NCBI GenBank assembly: GCA_965601925.1
Contig: OZ271854.1
Span: forward strand, 2,368,001 to 2,432,000
Direction of reading: 5' to 3'
Origin: Alkalispirochaeta sp.
GTDB taxonomy: Bacteria > Spirochaetota > Spirochaetia > DSM-27196 > Alkalispirochaetaceae
DNA: 64,000 nt
In this document: piece after piece, positions 9,934 through 19,088 of the stretch
How the letters are laid out: each line of letters starts with the position of its first letter
How positions within the stretch are numbered: the stretch's first letter is position 1
The notes under the pieces: model-generated
The model's database searches: none
Seen by the model: only the letters and a program-made list of their open reading frames with translations
What the model was told of the DNA's origin: nothing
Position numbers and translations under genes: made by a program

Positions 9934-10920
9934 TCAGCGCCGGGCAAAAATCTGCGGATTGACGACGTACCGCGGCCGTTTTCCGCTCAGTACGCGAACC
10001 AGCTCATCCATTCCTTGAATCGTATTCTGACGATGGCTCTCTTCGGAGTACCACGCGATATGGGGAGTGACCACCGCATTGGGCAGGTTGAGGAGCGCCT
10101 CGTCACCCCGCGGCGGCTCGACTTCGAGCACATCGATGCCGGCGCCTCCGATTTGGCCCTTCTGAAGGGCCTTCTCCAGTGCCGCTTGGTCTACGATCGG
10201 GCCGCGCGCCGTATTGATGAGGACGGCGTGGGATTGCATACGGCCCAACATCGGCCCATCGATCAGATGCCACGTCTCGTCGGTGAGCGGGCTGTGGATC
10301 GTGAGATAGTCCGCACTCTCGACCATCGGTTCAAGCTCGTAAGAGCGCTCGACGCCGCATAGTGCAAAGATATCGTCGTCGACGTACGGATCGTAAGCGA
10401 CCGGTTTCATGCCCAACGCAAGGGCCATGCGCGCGCTATGCCGCCCAATCCGGCCCAGCCCGATAACGGCAAATCGGCGATCCCGGAGAGATAGCACGGG
10501 TCGCGCCTGTTTATAGTCCCATCCACCGCCCTTCACATGGGGTATCAACTCATGAATCTTGCGTCCCACCGTGAGCGCCAGGGTCAACGCGTGTTGCGCT
10601 ACCTCTTCGCTGCAGTAGAGCGGACAGTTGGATACGGGGATTCGGCGAGCGGTCGCCGCCTTTACGTCGACGACGTCGAATCCGACGGACAACGTCATGA
10701 TGAACCGGCACGAACGCGCGGCGTCGATCATCTCGGAGGTTACCGGATGTCCGATCAATACCAGCGCCGCCGCATCGGCAATCTCCTTCAGTATCTCTTC
10801 ATCGGACATACCCACGGTCGATACGACCGTTCCGTCGACCTCCGCGACGCGGTGTGTGAAATAGTCGAGGTCGGGAAACTTCATGAAAAGCCGTTTCCCG
10901 AGAAGTACCACCTTGTTCAT
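9934..10920 (-). CDS. D-isomer-specific 2-hydroxyacid dehydrogenase (CtBP/SerA-like)
   Basis: VGFD, GLGRIG, INTARG, GAGIDVLEVEP and TPHIAWYS motifs. Confidence 0.92.
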   Translation of the reverse strand: MNKVVLLGKRLFMKFPDLDYFTHRVAEVDGTVVSTVGMSDEEILKEIADAAALVLIGHPVTSEMIDAARSCRFIMTLSVGFDVVDVKAATARRIPVSNCPLYCSEEVAQHALTLALTVGRKIHELIPHVKGGGWDYKQARPVLSLRDRRFAVIGLGRIGRHSARMALALGMKPVAYDPYVDDDIFALCGVERSYELEPMVESADYLTIHSPLTDETWHLIDGPMLGRMQSHAVLINTARGPIVDQAALEKALQKGQIGGAGIDVLEVEPPRGDEALLNLPNAVVTPHIAWYSEESHRQNTIQGMDELVRVLSGKRPRYVVNPQIFARR

Positions 10921-11118
10921 CGCAACTACCTCCGGTACGCCATTCTCTTTAAAGAGATTATTGTCATTTCACAATGATGCAACTCCTCGCCTAACCAATT
11001 TTTCACGTCCCATCGACGAGAAGCGAAGGAATTGCGACTACGGGCGGCAGAAATTCATTCAATGGCATAAATAGACAAATGAATATGTGTACGATAGGGT
11101 TCACTTTCTTCGACAATG

Positions 11119-11150
11119 AAAAAGCGGCAGCCGTGACGACTGCCGCTTTC
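11119..11150 (-). terminator. intrinsic terminator downstream of hsp20
   Basis: AAAGCGGCAG-N9-CTGCCGCTTT hairpin, followed by a T-tract on the minus strand. Confidence 0.75.
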
Positions 11151-11240
11151 GTTCTCATACGTGTTTCCGTGAATGTGCTCATCCCGATTCGCCTACGCGA
11201 ATCGGGAGTGCCGTGGTCCGGTAGGACTCGGCGTCTTCGA

Positions 11241-11693
11241 TTAGCCGCGCTTGATTTCGATCTGTCGCGGTCGGGACTCCGGCTTCTTGGAGAGCTGAAC
11301 CGTGAGCACACCGTTCTTGTAGTGGGCGTCGATCATCGCCGGATCGGCATCCTTGGGCATCGCAAAACTGCGATAGAATGCCCGAGTCTGACGCTCCCGC
11401 AGGATATAGTCGGCCCCAACGGCGCCCTTTTTCGGTTTCTCGGACGTCTCTTTCTCGTGCCGTGCCGATATGATCAACAGATCGTTCTCGACGCGAACGT
11501 CGATCTGATCTTCGGTCATTCCGGGAAGGTCGGCCTCGATAAGATATGCATCTTCCTCCGAGCGGATATCGACGGCCGGGCTGCGGTCGTTCCAGCTCGG
11601 CATATTGCCGAACACCGAATCAAAAAGCCGATCGAAGTCGTTCAAAACGCTCACTCCATTTCGCGGGCGACGTACCGTAAGATAATTCATCAT
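11241..11693 (-). CDS. Hsp20/alpha-crystallin small heat-shock protein
   Basis: ATG at 11693 after AGGAGG; PAVDI, ADLPG, F.RSF..P and A.YKNGVL motifs. Confidence 0.93.
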   Translation of the reverse strand: MMNYLTVRRPRNGVSVLNDFDRLFDSVFGNMPSWNDRSPAVDIRSEEDAYLIEADLPGMTEDQIDVRVENDLLIISARHEKETSEKPKKGAVGADYILRERQTRAFYRSFAMPKDADPAMIDAHYKNGVLTVQLSKKPESRPRQIEIKRG

Positions 11694-11798
11694 AAACCTC
11701 CTGTAGGTGACGCGGTCTTTGGTTTTCCGGCCGGAGATGAGGCCCGTACCGGCGCCTTCCGTGTCTCCGCCTCTCCGCATCATCTTCTGTATAGAAAT

Positions 11799-11816
11799 AA
11801 GCATAACGCGTGCCAA
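11799..11816 (-). promoter_or_regulatory. sigma54 (RpoN) -24/-12 promoter upstream of hsp20
   Basis: Minus strand TTGGCACGCGTTATGCTT has exact GG-N10-GC spacing; AT-rich tract immediately upstream. Confidence 0.7.
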
Positions 11817-12044
11817 GTTGTGCTGAAAGATATAAAAAATATGTAATTATTTATCTTGAAAAGAGATATGAGTTTGTAAGGCAGTCTCGTCTCGCTCGCC
11901 GTGACCACGTGCAGACCCTAAAGTTCGCCTGTGGTGGGCAATAACGAAACAGTAGCAAAAAGACGCGATATAGATGTGTCTTTTTGACACAGTTAAGCCG
12001 ATTGCGGGCGGCGAGTGTGCATCGTCGTGATACGCCGACCGGCG

Positions 12045-13646
12045 TCACGCGCCACGGAAGGCGTGGAAATCGAGTCCGATCGGTGGATTCTCGTCTCCCG
12101 ACGGCGCACCGGCGAGGTCGGGACGAGGCGAGGTATTGTAATGCCAGCGATAGTCGAAAAGGTTGAGCGGGTCCTCGATGGGAAGCGCGTTGATCGTAAG
12201 GGCGTGAAATCGGGCGAGCCCTCGTTGTTGCAGTTCGTACATCGTCCTCAGATGCGCCGGTCCGATTTTCGGAAACCGAATATCGCTCACCATCAGCACA
12301 TCGGCGACCTCGTTCTCGTCCCGGGGGAGGTGTCCGAGTGCCGTTCCCAATGTGGGCGAGATATCCGAGCCTCCACCCATGGGCGCCGACAAGAACGCCT
12401 GTAGCTCTCGGAGCACACTTTCGTCTACGCGCGACGGCGCCTCGCCGACGACGGTGTCGGCCGAATGGTAAGCTGCCGAGTCGCCGTGAGCCCCGGGGAC
12501 GTGAACCTCTTTCAGCCCGTGCTGGATCGCCAAGAGTCTGAGATCGCGGCGATTTTTGATCGCTTCGCGCACGAGACCGAGACTGATCGCCCGCGCCACA
12601 CGCTCCGGGGGACCCTGCATCGACCCGCTGGTATCCAGACAGACAATTAACGGGCCGGGCCGAACGGGGGCCGGGAGTTGCACGCGCTCCCAACGCTCCT
12701 CTTCGGTCGTTTTCGTGCGCGTTCTCCGGTGTTCCAGCGACATGATGTCCCGTTCTGCGAGCTTTCGCGCAAAGAGATCTTCCGTTTCGGGCCACGCGAG
12801 AAGCGCCAGTTCGCTGCCAAGCGCCGATCGTAGGTCGCCGCGGCCGTTAACGCCGAGAACGTCTCCTATGCCGATGTCGACCTTAGTCGGTACCGTTTCG
12901 ATAGTGCGCACCGTTCGCCACACCGTGCGCGGTTCGTCCTGCGCCGCTCCTCGCGCTATCATTTGGCTGAGGGCCGCAAGTCCGGGAGCGCTCTCCAACA
13001 CCACACGGGCGCGGTCGAATACCGACCAATCCGGAGTGCTCCACGAATCGTCGAAGAGGTCCCAACTGCATGAGCGGAGGAAGCTGCGTCGGCACGCCTC
13101 CTGCGCCGCGGCGAGTCGTGGAATGACCTCGTTGAGATGGTCGGCCAGCGGTGTCGCCACAAGACGGAGCGCGCGCTCTCGGCCGCGTTCGCGGCGCATT
13201 TCGTTGAGGGTACGAACGGCCTCTTCAAGCTCATGTGCGATTGCGCTCCGCCCCGCGTCGCCTCGAGCCGAGCGACGGCGCGCTCCAATACGTGCCCATC
13301 TCGACTCCTGTTCCGGCCACTGCGTGCGGGCGGAGGCGAGCCGGACATCAAACGGTACGTCCCCGCTCCATTTCGCGGAGTCACCGGTCTCCGTGGAACG
13401 ATCGAGCTCGGCCCACAGCTCGGCGAACCATTGCGAAAGGGCCGAGGCGATTTGATCCGCCAGATCGGTATCGACCAGGGCTATGGTGCGTTTGCGAATC
13501 AGAGAGTAGAGATGCACGAGGCTCCGTGACAGGGGACGCGGAAGATCGCGGGCGCTGGCGACACCCGGCCGACCGTCGGCTCTCTGCGATGTAAAGAACT
13601 GAAAGAGTTCGCGATAGACGATCGAGCGAATCTGCCCCGTTTGCAC
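12045..13646 (-). CDS. viaA: VWA-domain protein, ViaA-like
   Basis: GPLIVCLDTSGSMQG.PE MIDAS motif, GGSD and MVSD; follows a RavA-like ATPase. Confidence 0.8.
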   Translation of the reverse strand: MQTGQIRSIVYRELFQFFTSQRADGRPGVASARDLPRPLSRSLVHLYSLIRKRTIALVDTDLADQIASALSQWFAELWAELDRSTETGDSAKWSGDVPFDVRLASARTQWPEQESRWARIGARRRSARGDAGRSAIAHELEEAVRTLNEMRRERGRERALRLVATPLADHLNEVIPRLAAAQEACRRSFLRSCSWDLFDDSWSTPDWSVFDRARVVLESAPGLAALSQMIARGAAQDEPRTVWRTVRTIETVPTKVDIGIGDVLGVNGRGDLRSALGSELALLAWPETEDLFARKLAERDIMSLEHRRTRTKTTEEERWERVQLPAPVRPGPLIVCLDTSGSMQGPPERVARAISLGLVREAIKNRRDLRLLAIQHGLKEVHVPGAHGDSAAYHSADTVVGEAPSRVDESVLRELQAFLSAPMGGGSDISPTLGTALGHLPRDENEVADVLMVSDIRFPKIGPAHLRTMYELQQRGLARFHALTINALPIEDPLNLFDYRWHYNTSPRPDLAGAPSGDENPPIGLDFHAFRGA

Positions 13647-13656
13647 GGCGTGCCGC

Positions 13657-15192
13657 CTACTCCAACCCGGCGATCAGCTCGACGATATCTGCGTCCAGGA
13701 GGGAAAACGCCCGTTCAGCCTCCTGCATGCCCGTTTCCAGGATTTCCCCGTAGCTGTGGTGAACGAAGAGATGACGCATCGCCTCGTCCGTATCCTGCCT
13801 GCGAACCTCGGCGATGCGTCGGAGTACATCGGCGATCTCGCCGCGGAGTTCCTCAAGTCGCTTGTGTACCGCCGTGCGATCGGCGATATCGATCGTGATC
13901 TTTTCCTCGACGGTACGGCGTACCGTTTGCGTCTCGAGGTGGAACGGTTGGCCGTCGACCTCCAACGAGTACGGCGATACGCGGCGCACCGGGAATCGTT
14001 CCGAGTACGCATAATCGTCGTCGTCGCCGTAGAAAAAGAGATCCGTCTCCTGATTCTCGTCGGCGGACAGGTTTTGAAAGTCGCCGATCCATATCAGCGA
14101 TAGGTGGTCCTCGACGAAGTCCTCGATGCGGTAGTACTCGCCGCGGTACTCGACCGCCTCTTCCCGATCTTCTTCACGCACGGTCATGCCGATACGCCGC
14201 AACTCGTCCTCGATCGCCGACAGTCGTCTGCGTACCGATTCGGGATCGAAGCGGCCCGCGGAGCTATAGCGCTTGAGTGCCTCCTGTACGATCGTCTCGA
14301 TAACCGGTATCTCTTCCTCTCGCGACCAGAGGCAGTGCCTAAGGACTGCACAATCGATTGCGTAGACCTCGTGTCGGTCGTTGAGGAGGGCGCTCGTGCG
14401 CAGCAGGCGAGCGGCCTGCTTCCACCGTCGGTCGCTTACTTCGATCTCGCTCCCGTCGCCCGTCTCGGCCACCATGCTGTTGTGCCGCGCGATGCGCTCG
14501 CGGATGTCGAGGATGAGAGCGGCAACCTCGTGCGGTACGGCAACGTTGTCACGTTTGTCGCCCCATTCGTCGAGTTCGTCGGCGGTGATCTTGTCGTCGA
14601 CCGGCACGGGGTCGGCGTAGAGATCGTTCGTCGAGGTAATGAGCTCGATGAAGGCTTCGCTCTCCCGCACGGGAGAGACGGGCAGGCGCATGAGAAAGCG
14701 GTCCCACAAGACGCGCACGCCCGCACCGTCGGGAGCGAGGTTCCCGGCGGCACCGATAACGCTTCTCAGGGGCAGCAGAAGCTCTTCGCTCCCGTTTCGG
14801 AAGCGGCGCTCGTTGATCGCCGTCAAAAGGGTATTGAGGATCGGGCTCGAGGCGTTCCACACCTCGTCGAGAAATACGATTTCGGCGCTCGGTAGGAATC
14901 CGTCGACCACCCGTTCGAACTTGTCCGCGTCCTTGAGGCGGCTGATCGACACCGGTCCGAAGAGCTCCTCCGGAGTCGTAAAGCGCCCCAATAGATACTC
15001 AAAGTAGCGCGCCTCACGAAAGACGCAGGCGATACGCCGCGCAAGCAGACTCTTGGCCGTGCCGGGGGGACCGTAGAGAAACGTATTCTCCCCCGCCAAC
15101 GCGGACAGGAGAGTGAGCCGCAGCACTTCCTCTTTCTCGTGGAGATCCTTGCCGACGGCCTCTATGAGCCGGCGAATACGCTCTGCGAACAT
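13657..15192 (-). CDS. ravA: MoxR-family AAA+ ATPase, RavA-like
   Basis: GPPGTAKS Walker A, FEYLL.RFTTPEELFGP, FLDEVW, ILNTLL..INER, DRF and SDRRW motifs. Confidence 0.88.
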   Translation of the reverse strand: MFAERIRRLIEAVGKDLHEKEEVLRLTLLSALAGENTFLYGPPGTAKSLLARRIACVFREARYFEYLLGRFTTPEELFGPVSISRLKDADKFERVVDGFLPSAEIVFLDEVWNASSPILNTLLTAINERRFRNGSEELLLPLRSVIGAAGNLAPDGAGVRVLWDRFLMRLPVSPVRESEAFIELITSTNDLYADPVPVDDKITADELDEWGDKRDNVAVPHEVAALILDIRERIARHNSMVAETGDGSEIEVSDRRWKQAARLLRTSALLNDRHEVYAIDCAVLRHCLWSREEEIPVIETIVQEALKRYSSAGRFDPESVRRRLSAIEDELRRIGMTVREEDREEAVEYRGEYYRIEDFVEDHLSLIWIGDFQNLSADENQETDLFFYGDDDDYAYSERFPVRRVSPYSLEVDGQPFHLETQTVRRTVEEKITIDIADRTAVHKRLEELRGEIADVLRRIAEVRRQDTDEAMRHLFVHHSYGEILETGMQEAERAFSLLDADIVELIAGLE

Positions 15193-15286
15193 AGAGATTA
15201 CTGTTGCCGTTCCGTCGCCGGCTGTCAAGCAAAGCGGCACAATCGATAGTCTCTTTGCCCGCGATAGGGTAGCATGACCGGCGATT

Positions 15287-15877
15287 ATGCACAGTACACG
15301 CGACGAATCGCACCTCCTGTGGACCGAGTTGTCCCGATCAAACCTTGTTGAGAGTCCCGTATTCTCGCTTGTGCGGACTCATAGACGTTCCGCCGACGGA
15401 CGGAACGCCGACTACTACCTTCTCGATGCGCCCGACTGGGCCAATGTGATCGCCCTCACCTCCGACGAGGCGGGGCGCCCGTGCTTTGTGATGGTGCGGC
15501 AGTTTCGTCATGGGAGTATGACCGTCGGGCTCGAGTTTCCCGGCGGTGTGATCGACGAGGGTGAGCGGCCCGAGGACGCCGTACGGCGGGAGTTGCGCGA
15601 AGAGACTGCGTACGTCGCCGGCTCGATCGTACTCCTCGGAAGCGTCAACCCCAATCCCGCCCTTATGGGGAATCGGTGCTTCACCTTTCTTGCCGAGGAT
15701 TGTCGGCCCGAGGCGAGCGGCCAGGACTTGGATGCCAACGAAATCATCGACGTGGAGTTGGTGCCGGTGGATGAGTTTCTCGCCGGCGCGCACGACCATG
15801 AGTTTGATCACGCGATGATGCACGTCGCCCTGCGGTTTTATCTACGGGCGACGGATCGGCGACGTCGGCGGTCCTGA
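15287..15877 (+). CDS. NUDIX hydrolase (ADP-ribose pyrophosphatase-like)
   Basis: VRQFR, EFPGG.IDEGE.PEDAVRRELREET Nudix box and PNPA. Confidence 0.9.
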   Translation: MHSTRDESHLLWTELSRSNLVESPVFSLVRTHRRSADGRNADYYLLDAPDWANVIALTSDEAGRPCFVMVRQFRHGSMTVGLEFPGGVIDEGERPEDAVRRELREETAYVAGSIVLLGSVNPNPALMGNRCFTFLAEDCRPEASGQDLDANEIIDVELVPVDEFLAGAHDHEFDHAMMHVALRFYLRATDRRRRRS

Positions 15878-15889
15878 CGCGGTCGGTAT

Positions 15890-15917
15890 AAAAAAAGCCT
15901 TCCCCGTGGGGAAGGCT
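15890..15917 (-). terminator. intrinsic terminator downstream of tRNA-Cys
   Basis: AGCCTTCCCC-AC-GGGGAAGGCT followed by T7 on the minus strand. Confidence 0.85.
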
Positions 15918-15926
15918 CACCGATCG

Positions 15927-15998
15927 AGGCGCCGGCCGGATTCGAACCGGCGAATGAAGGCTTTGCAGGCCTCTCCCTTACCACTTGGGTACGGCGCC
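15927..15998 (-). tRNA. tRNA-Cys(GCA), CCA not encoded
   Basis: GGCGCCGTACCCAAGTGGTAAGGGAGAGGCCTGCAAAGCCTTCATTCGCCGGTTCGAATCCGGCCGGCGCCT: cloverleaf, GCA anticodon, GGTTCGAATCC T-arm, U73 discriminator. Confidence 0.96.
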
Positions 15999-16010
15999 GT
16001 GCAGGGACAG

Positions 16011-16040
16011 AGAATAGTCAATCGCATACGGCTTTGTAAA
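16011..16040 (-). promoter_or_regulatory. putative tRNA-Cys promoter
   Basis: TTTACA-18-TATTCT, 12 bp upstream of the tRNA 5' end. Confidence 0.45.
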
Positions 16041-16132
16041 GCCCCGTGTCGGGCCGGCATATCCGGCTGCCGAAGCCGAACGATCGGCCGTCCCGTCCAA
16101 ATGTGCAAACGATATCGCGTGCACGTCGAGAC

Positions 16133-17953
16133 CTACGTCGTATCCACCAGCTCCTCGAATCGGTCGACGAGTCCGGCGATACGCTTCATGGCGCTGCGCC
16201 AGAACACCTTCGACTCGATGTCGCATCCGGCGGAGCGCGTTACCGCTACGGCGTCCCGGCGTCCCGTTTCACGCAGAATAGTCCGATATCGTGCCGAGAA
16301 TCCGTCCGGCTCACGTTCGTACCGGTCGTACAGGCCGAGCCCGAAGAGTTGACCGAAGGCGTAGGGAAAATTGTAAAACGCTAAGTCCTGTCGATAGTAG
16401 TGACCTTTGACGGCCCACATGTAGGGGTGTAGCTCGTCGACGTTCAGGCCGTCGCCGTAGGTGCCCTTTTGCGCATCGGTCATCATTTCACACAGCTGCC
16501 GAACCGGTAACTCTCCGGTCGAACGGCGCTCCATAAGGGCGCGTTCGAAATCAAAACGAGAGAGAATGTCGACGATGACCTGTCCCGCGCCCTGCAGAAA
16601 CTGCTCTATGATATACAGCTCCTCCACCCCTTCGCTTCGAGCCACCGCGTTGTAGAAGAACAGCGTCTCGGAAAATATGCTTGCGGTCTCGGCGAGCGTC
16701 ATGGGGTAGTGTCGCTGCGCCGCCGGCAAGTCTCGCATTTCGTGAGAGTGCCAGGCGTGCCCCAGTTCGTGGGCCAAGGTAACCACCTCGTCGTAGGAGC
16801 CGTCGAAGTTGGAGAGGATGCGACTTTCTCCGGCAAGGGGGAAGTCGATGCAGTAGGCTCCGCCGACCTTCCCGGCCCGCGGCTCGGCGTCTATCCACGC
16901 CGAGGCGGCGGCGTCGGCAACGAACTGCGCCTGTTCGGAGTCGAACGACGCGAGTTGTTCCCCGATGAACTCGATCGCCGCCTCAAAGCTCCACGTGGTG
17001 GTGAACTCTCCCACCGGGGCGAATAGGTCGTAGAACGACAGGCGTTCAAGACCCAAAGCGCGCGCCTTCGCGTGGAAGTAGCGACGAAAGGTGGGCAGCG
17101 ACTCACGCATCGTACCGATCAGGGCGTTCAACGCGTCGTTGCTGAGCCGACTCTGATGCGTCGAACGCTGCAATGTGCTCTCCCATCCGCGCCGCGTGTT
17201 GAGTGTGTGGCTGAAGCCCTTCACTCCGTTGATCGCGAATGCGAGCGGTATCTCCACCCGTTTCCACGCCGCGAGCTCTTTCTCCCACGCCGTACGTCGC
17301 ACTGAGCGGTCCGCATCGAGTGCCAGGGACCGGAGTTGCACGACGGTCTTCGTCTCCCCCGTCGTCTCGTTCCACACTTCCTCCAACTCGGAGGATATCG
17401 TCTCCTGGAGTCTCGACCACGCATCGCCGCCGGACCGACTCAAGTCCGCGGCGACCCCTTCCTCGGCGATTCCCATCTGTCGCGTCTGGAGAAAGAGCGC
17501 CTCCTCGAGGATCCATCGGTAGTCGGACAACTCCTTCGTACCGCCGATAAGGTCTTCCACCGACGTGCCGACGGTCGCCAGCGCATTTCGGAACTCGGCC
17601 GCGAGCTCGGCGAGGGGAACACCGAGCTCACCGACGCGGTTGAGCGCCGCGGTCGCCTTTTCATCGCCGGTGTCTACCGAGTAGGCTGAGTAGCAGTAGC
17701 TCTCGAGGGTCTCAAACAGATCGTCGGCGCGGTTTAGACCCGAGAGGGTCTCTTGTAACCAACCGACCGCGTCGGTACGCCGTCGCGACACCCCTTCAAT
17801 GAGGGCGCGAGTCTGCGCAATGGTCTCCTTGAGGTCCGTGATGTCGGCTTCGAACTCCGTGCTGTCGAGGGACGGGTATATCGACGCAAGACTCCACCGC
17901 GGCGCGTCTATAGCCGTTTCGGCCGAGTCGGAGCCGTCGGACCGATCGCTCAT
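16133..17953 (-). CDS. pepF: M3 family oligoendopeptidase (PepF-like)
   Basis: W.L..IYP, GK.GGAYC, TLAHELGHAWH, LAETAS and FYNFPYAFG motifs; ATGA overlap with the ndk stop. Confidence 0.9.
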   Translation of the reverse strand: MSDRSDGSDSAETAIDAPRWSLASIYPSLDSTEFEADITDLKETIAQTRALIEGVSRRRTDAVGWLQETLSGLNRADDLFETLESYCYSAYSVDTGDEKATAALNRVGELGVPLAELAAEFRNALATVGTSVEDLIGGTKELSDYRWILEEALFLQTRQMGIAEEGVAADLSRSGGDAWSRLQETISSELEEVWNETTGETKTVVQLRSLALDADRSVRRTAWEKELAAWKRVEIPLAFAINGVKGFSHTLNTRRGWESTLQRSTHQSRLSNDALNALIGTMRESLPTFRRYFHAKARALGLERLSFYDLFAPVGEFTTTWSFEAAIEFIGEQLASFDSEQAQFVADAAASAWIDAEPRAGKVGGAYCIDFPLAGESRILSNFDGSYDEVVTLAHELGHAWHSHEMRDLPAAQRHYPMTLAETASIFSETLFFYNAVARSEGVEELYIIEQFLQGAGQVIVDILSRFDFERALMERRSTGELPVRQLCEMMTDAQKGTYGDGLNVDELHPYMWAVKGHYYRQDLAFYNFPYAFGQLFGLGLYDRYEREPDGFSARYRTILRETGRRDAVAVTRSAGCDIESKVFWRSAMKRIAGLVDRFEELVDTT

Positions 17954-18405
17954 AGAACGGTCCATTCCGCATTCGGATCGTCCCACTCTACCAGCGCCGA
18001 CTCGTCGAAGAAGAGACCGATTTCGCGCGCCGCGCTCTCGGGCGAGTCGGACGCGTGAATGATGTTCTTGGGTGTCACGGCGGCAAAGTCACCGCGGATC
18101 GTACCGGGCGTTGCGTCCTCGACTTTGGTCGCTCCGGCGAGAAGCCGCACGCGACCGATCGCCTCTTCCCCCGCCACGACCATGGCCACGACCGGTCCGG
18201 ACGTGATGTAGTCGATCAGGCCGGAATAGAACGGCTTACCGAGGTGCTCCGCGTAGTGCTTCTCGGCGAGCTCCTTGGTGATGCGGAGCATGCGCAATCC
18301 CACCAGCTGCAGCCCCTTGTCTTCGATACGCCGTATCACTTCGCCGACCAATCGGCGTTGTAACACACCGGGTTTTAACATTACGTAGGTCTTCTCGTAC
18401 GCCAT
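17950..18405 (-). CDS. ndk: nucleoside diphosphate kinase
   Basis: EKTYVMLKP, HYAEH.GKPFY, PGTIRGDF and NIIHASDS motifs. Confidence 0.97.
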   Translation of the reverse strand: MAYEKTYVMLKPGVLQRRLVGEVIRRIEDKGLQLVGLRMLRITKELAEKHYAEHLGKPFYSGLIDYITSGPVVAMVVAGEEAIGRVRLLAGATKVEDATPGTIRGDFAAVTPKNIIHASDSPESAAREIGLFFDESALVEWDDPNAEWTVL

Positions 18406-18461
18406 GTGCCGCATTATGGCGCCACCGGGACGAGTTTGCAACGTCCCGATAACGTCCCGTG

Positions 18462-18944
18462 CTATTGCGCGCCCACGAACTCATCGGCCCAATCGAAGGT
18501 CGCCGAGTCCTCGTACCACTCCGGCCAGTGGGAGCACCAGTCCGGCACCGCCGCCCGTCGGACGCGGTCCACGGCCGGGTGGTAGGGCTTGATATCAAGC
18601 AGCGGCGACCCGTCGTCGGCGTCGATAAACGGCACGGTAACGACGCCCTCCGTCTCGTCGACGGCCATCACGGCGCATGGGGTCAAAGCGATGGGGTTGG
18701 GCCGCGCCGGAGAGCGCGTGGCGAAGACGCCGACGGTCGCCGGCGAACGCTTGTACGGCTGTCGACAGCGCGTAAGCGAGCGATACTCCGGTGTGTCCAA
18801 CGTGTGGCACCAAAAGAGCACTTGTATGAAGCCGAACCCCTTGAGTTCGGTTAACGCCGGGCGGTACGCCCGGTCTACGCGAATGGCATAGTGACCCTCC
18901 GCAACGGTGATCGTTCCGATCCGTTTGAGTTCGAATGTGTCCAT
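18462..18944 (-). CDS. TrmO/TsaA (YaeB) family SAM-dependent methyltransferase, short form
   Basis: ATG at 18944 after GGGAGG; GVFATRSP.RPNPI and DA.DG.P.LDIKPY motifs. Confidence 0.85.
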   Translation of the reverse strand: MDTFELKRIGTITVAEGHYAIRVDRAYRPALTELKGFGFIQVLFWCHTLDTPEYRSLTRCRQPYKRSPATVGVFATRSPARPNPIALTPCAVMAVDETEGVVTVPFIDADDGSPLLDIKPYHPAVDRVRRAAVPDWCSHWPEWYEDSATFDWADEFVGAQ

Positions 18945-19088
18945 GTGTTCCTCCCTGCTTCTCGTTTGTCGGGGTAGTGGTGCTCCCCTTTGCCGTTCGA
19001 TCCGAGTATGAACGAGCGGTCTCGATCGTGCTCTTCTTCCGTTGCGTATCGATGTGCCGATATTGCTCTTCGGAGCTATAATGGCGGC

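Noticed and set aside
11878..11945. Partial likeness to a c-di-GMP-I riboswitch 3' half (GCGAACTTTAGGGTCT...CTGCC on the minus strand)
   Set aside because: The 5' GGCAAA/GNRA stem is missing and it lies upstream of the predicted hsp20 promoter
15890..15998. tRNA-Cys as an island integration site
   Set aside because: Followed directly by its terminator; no duplicated 3' end or integrase seen
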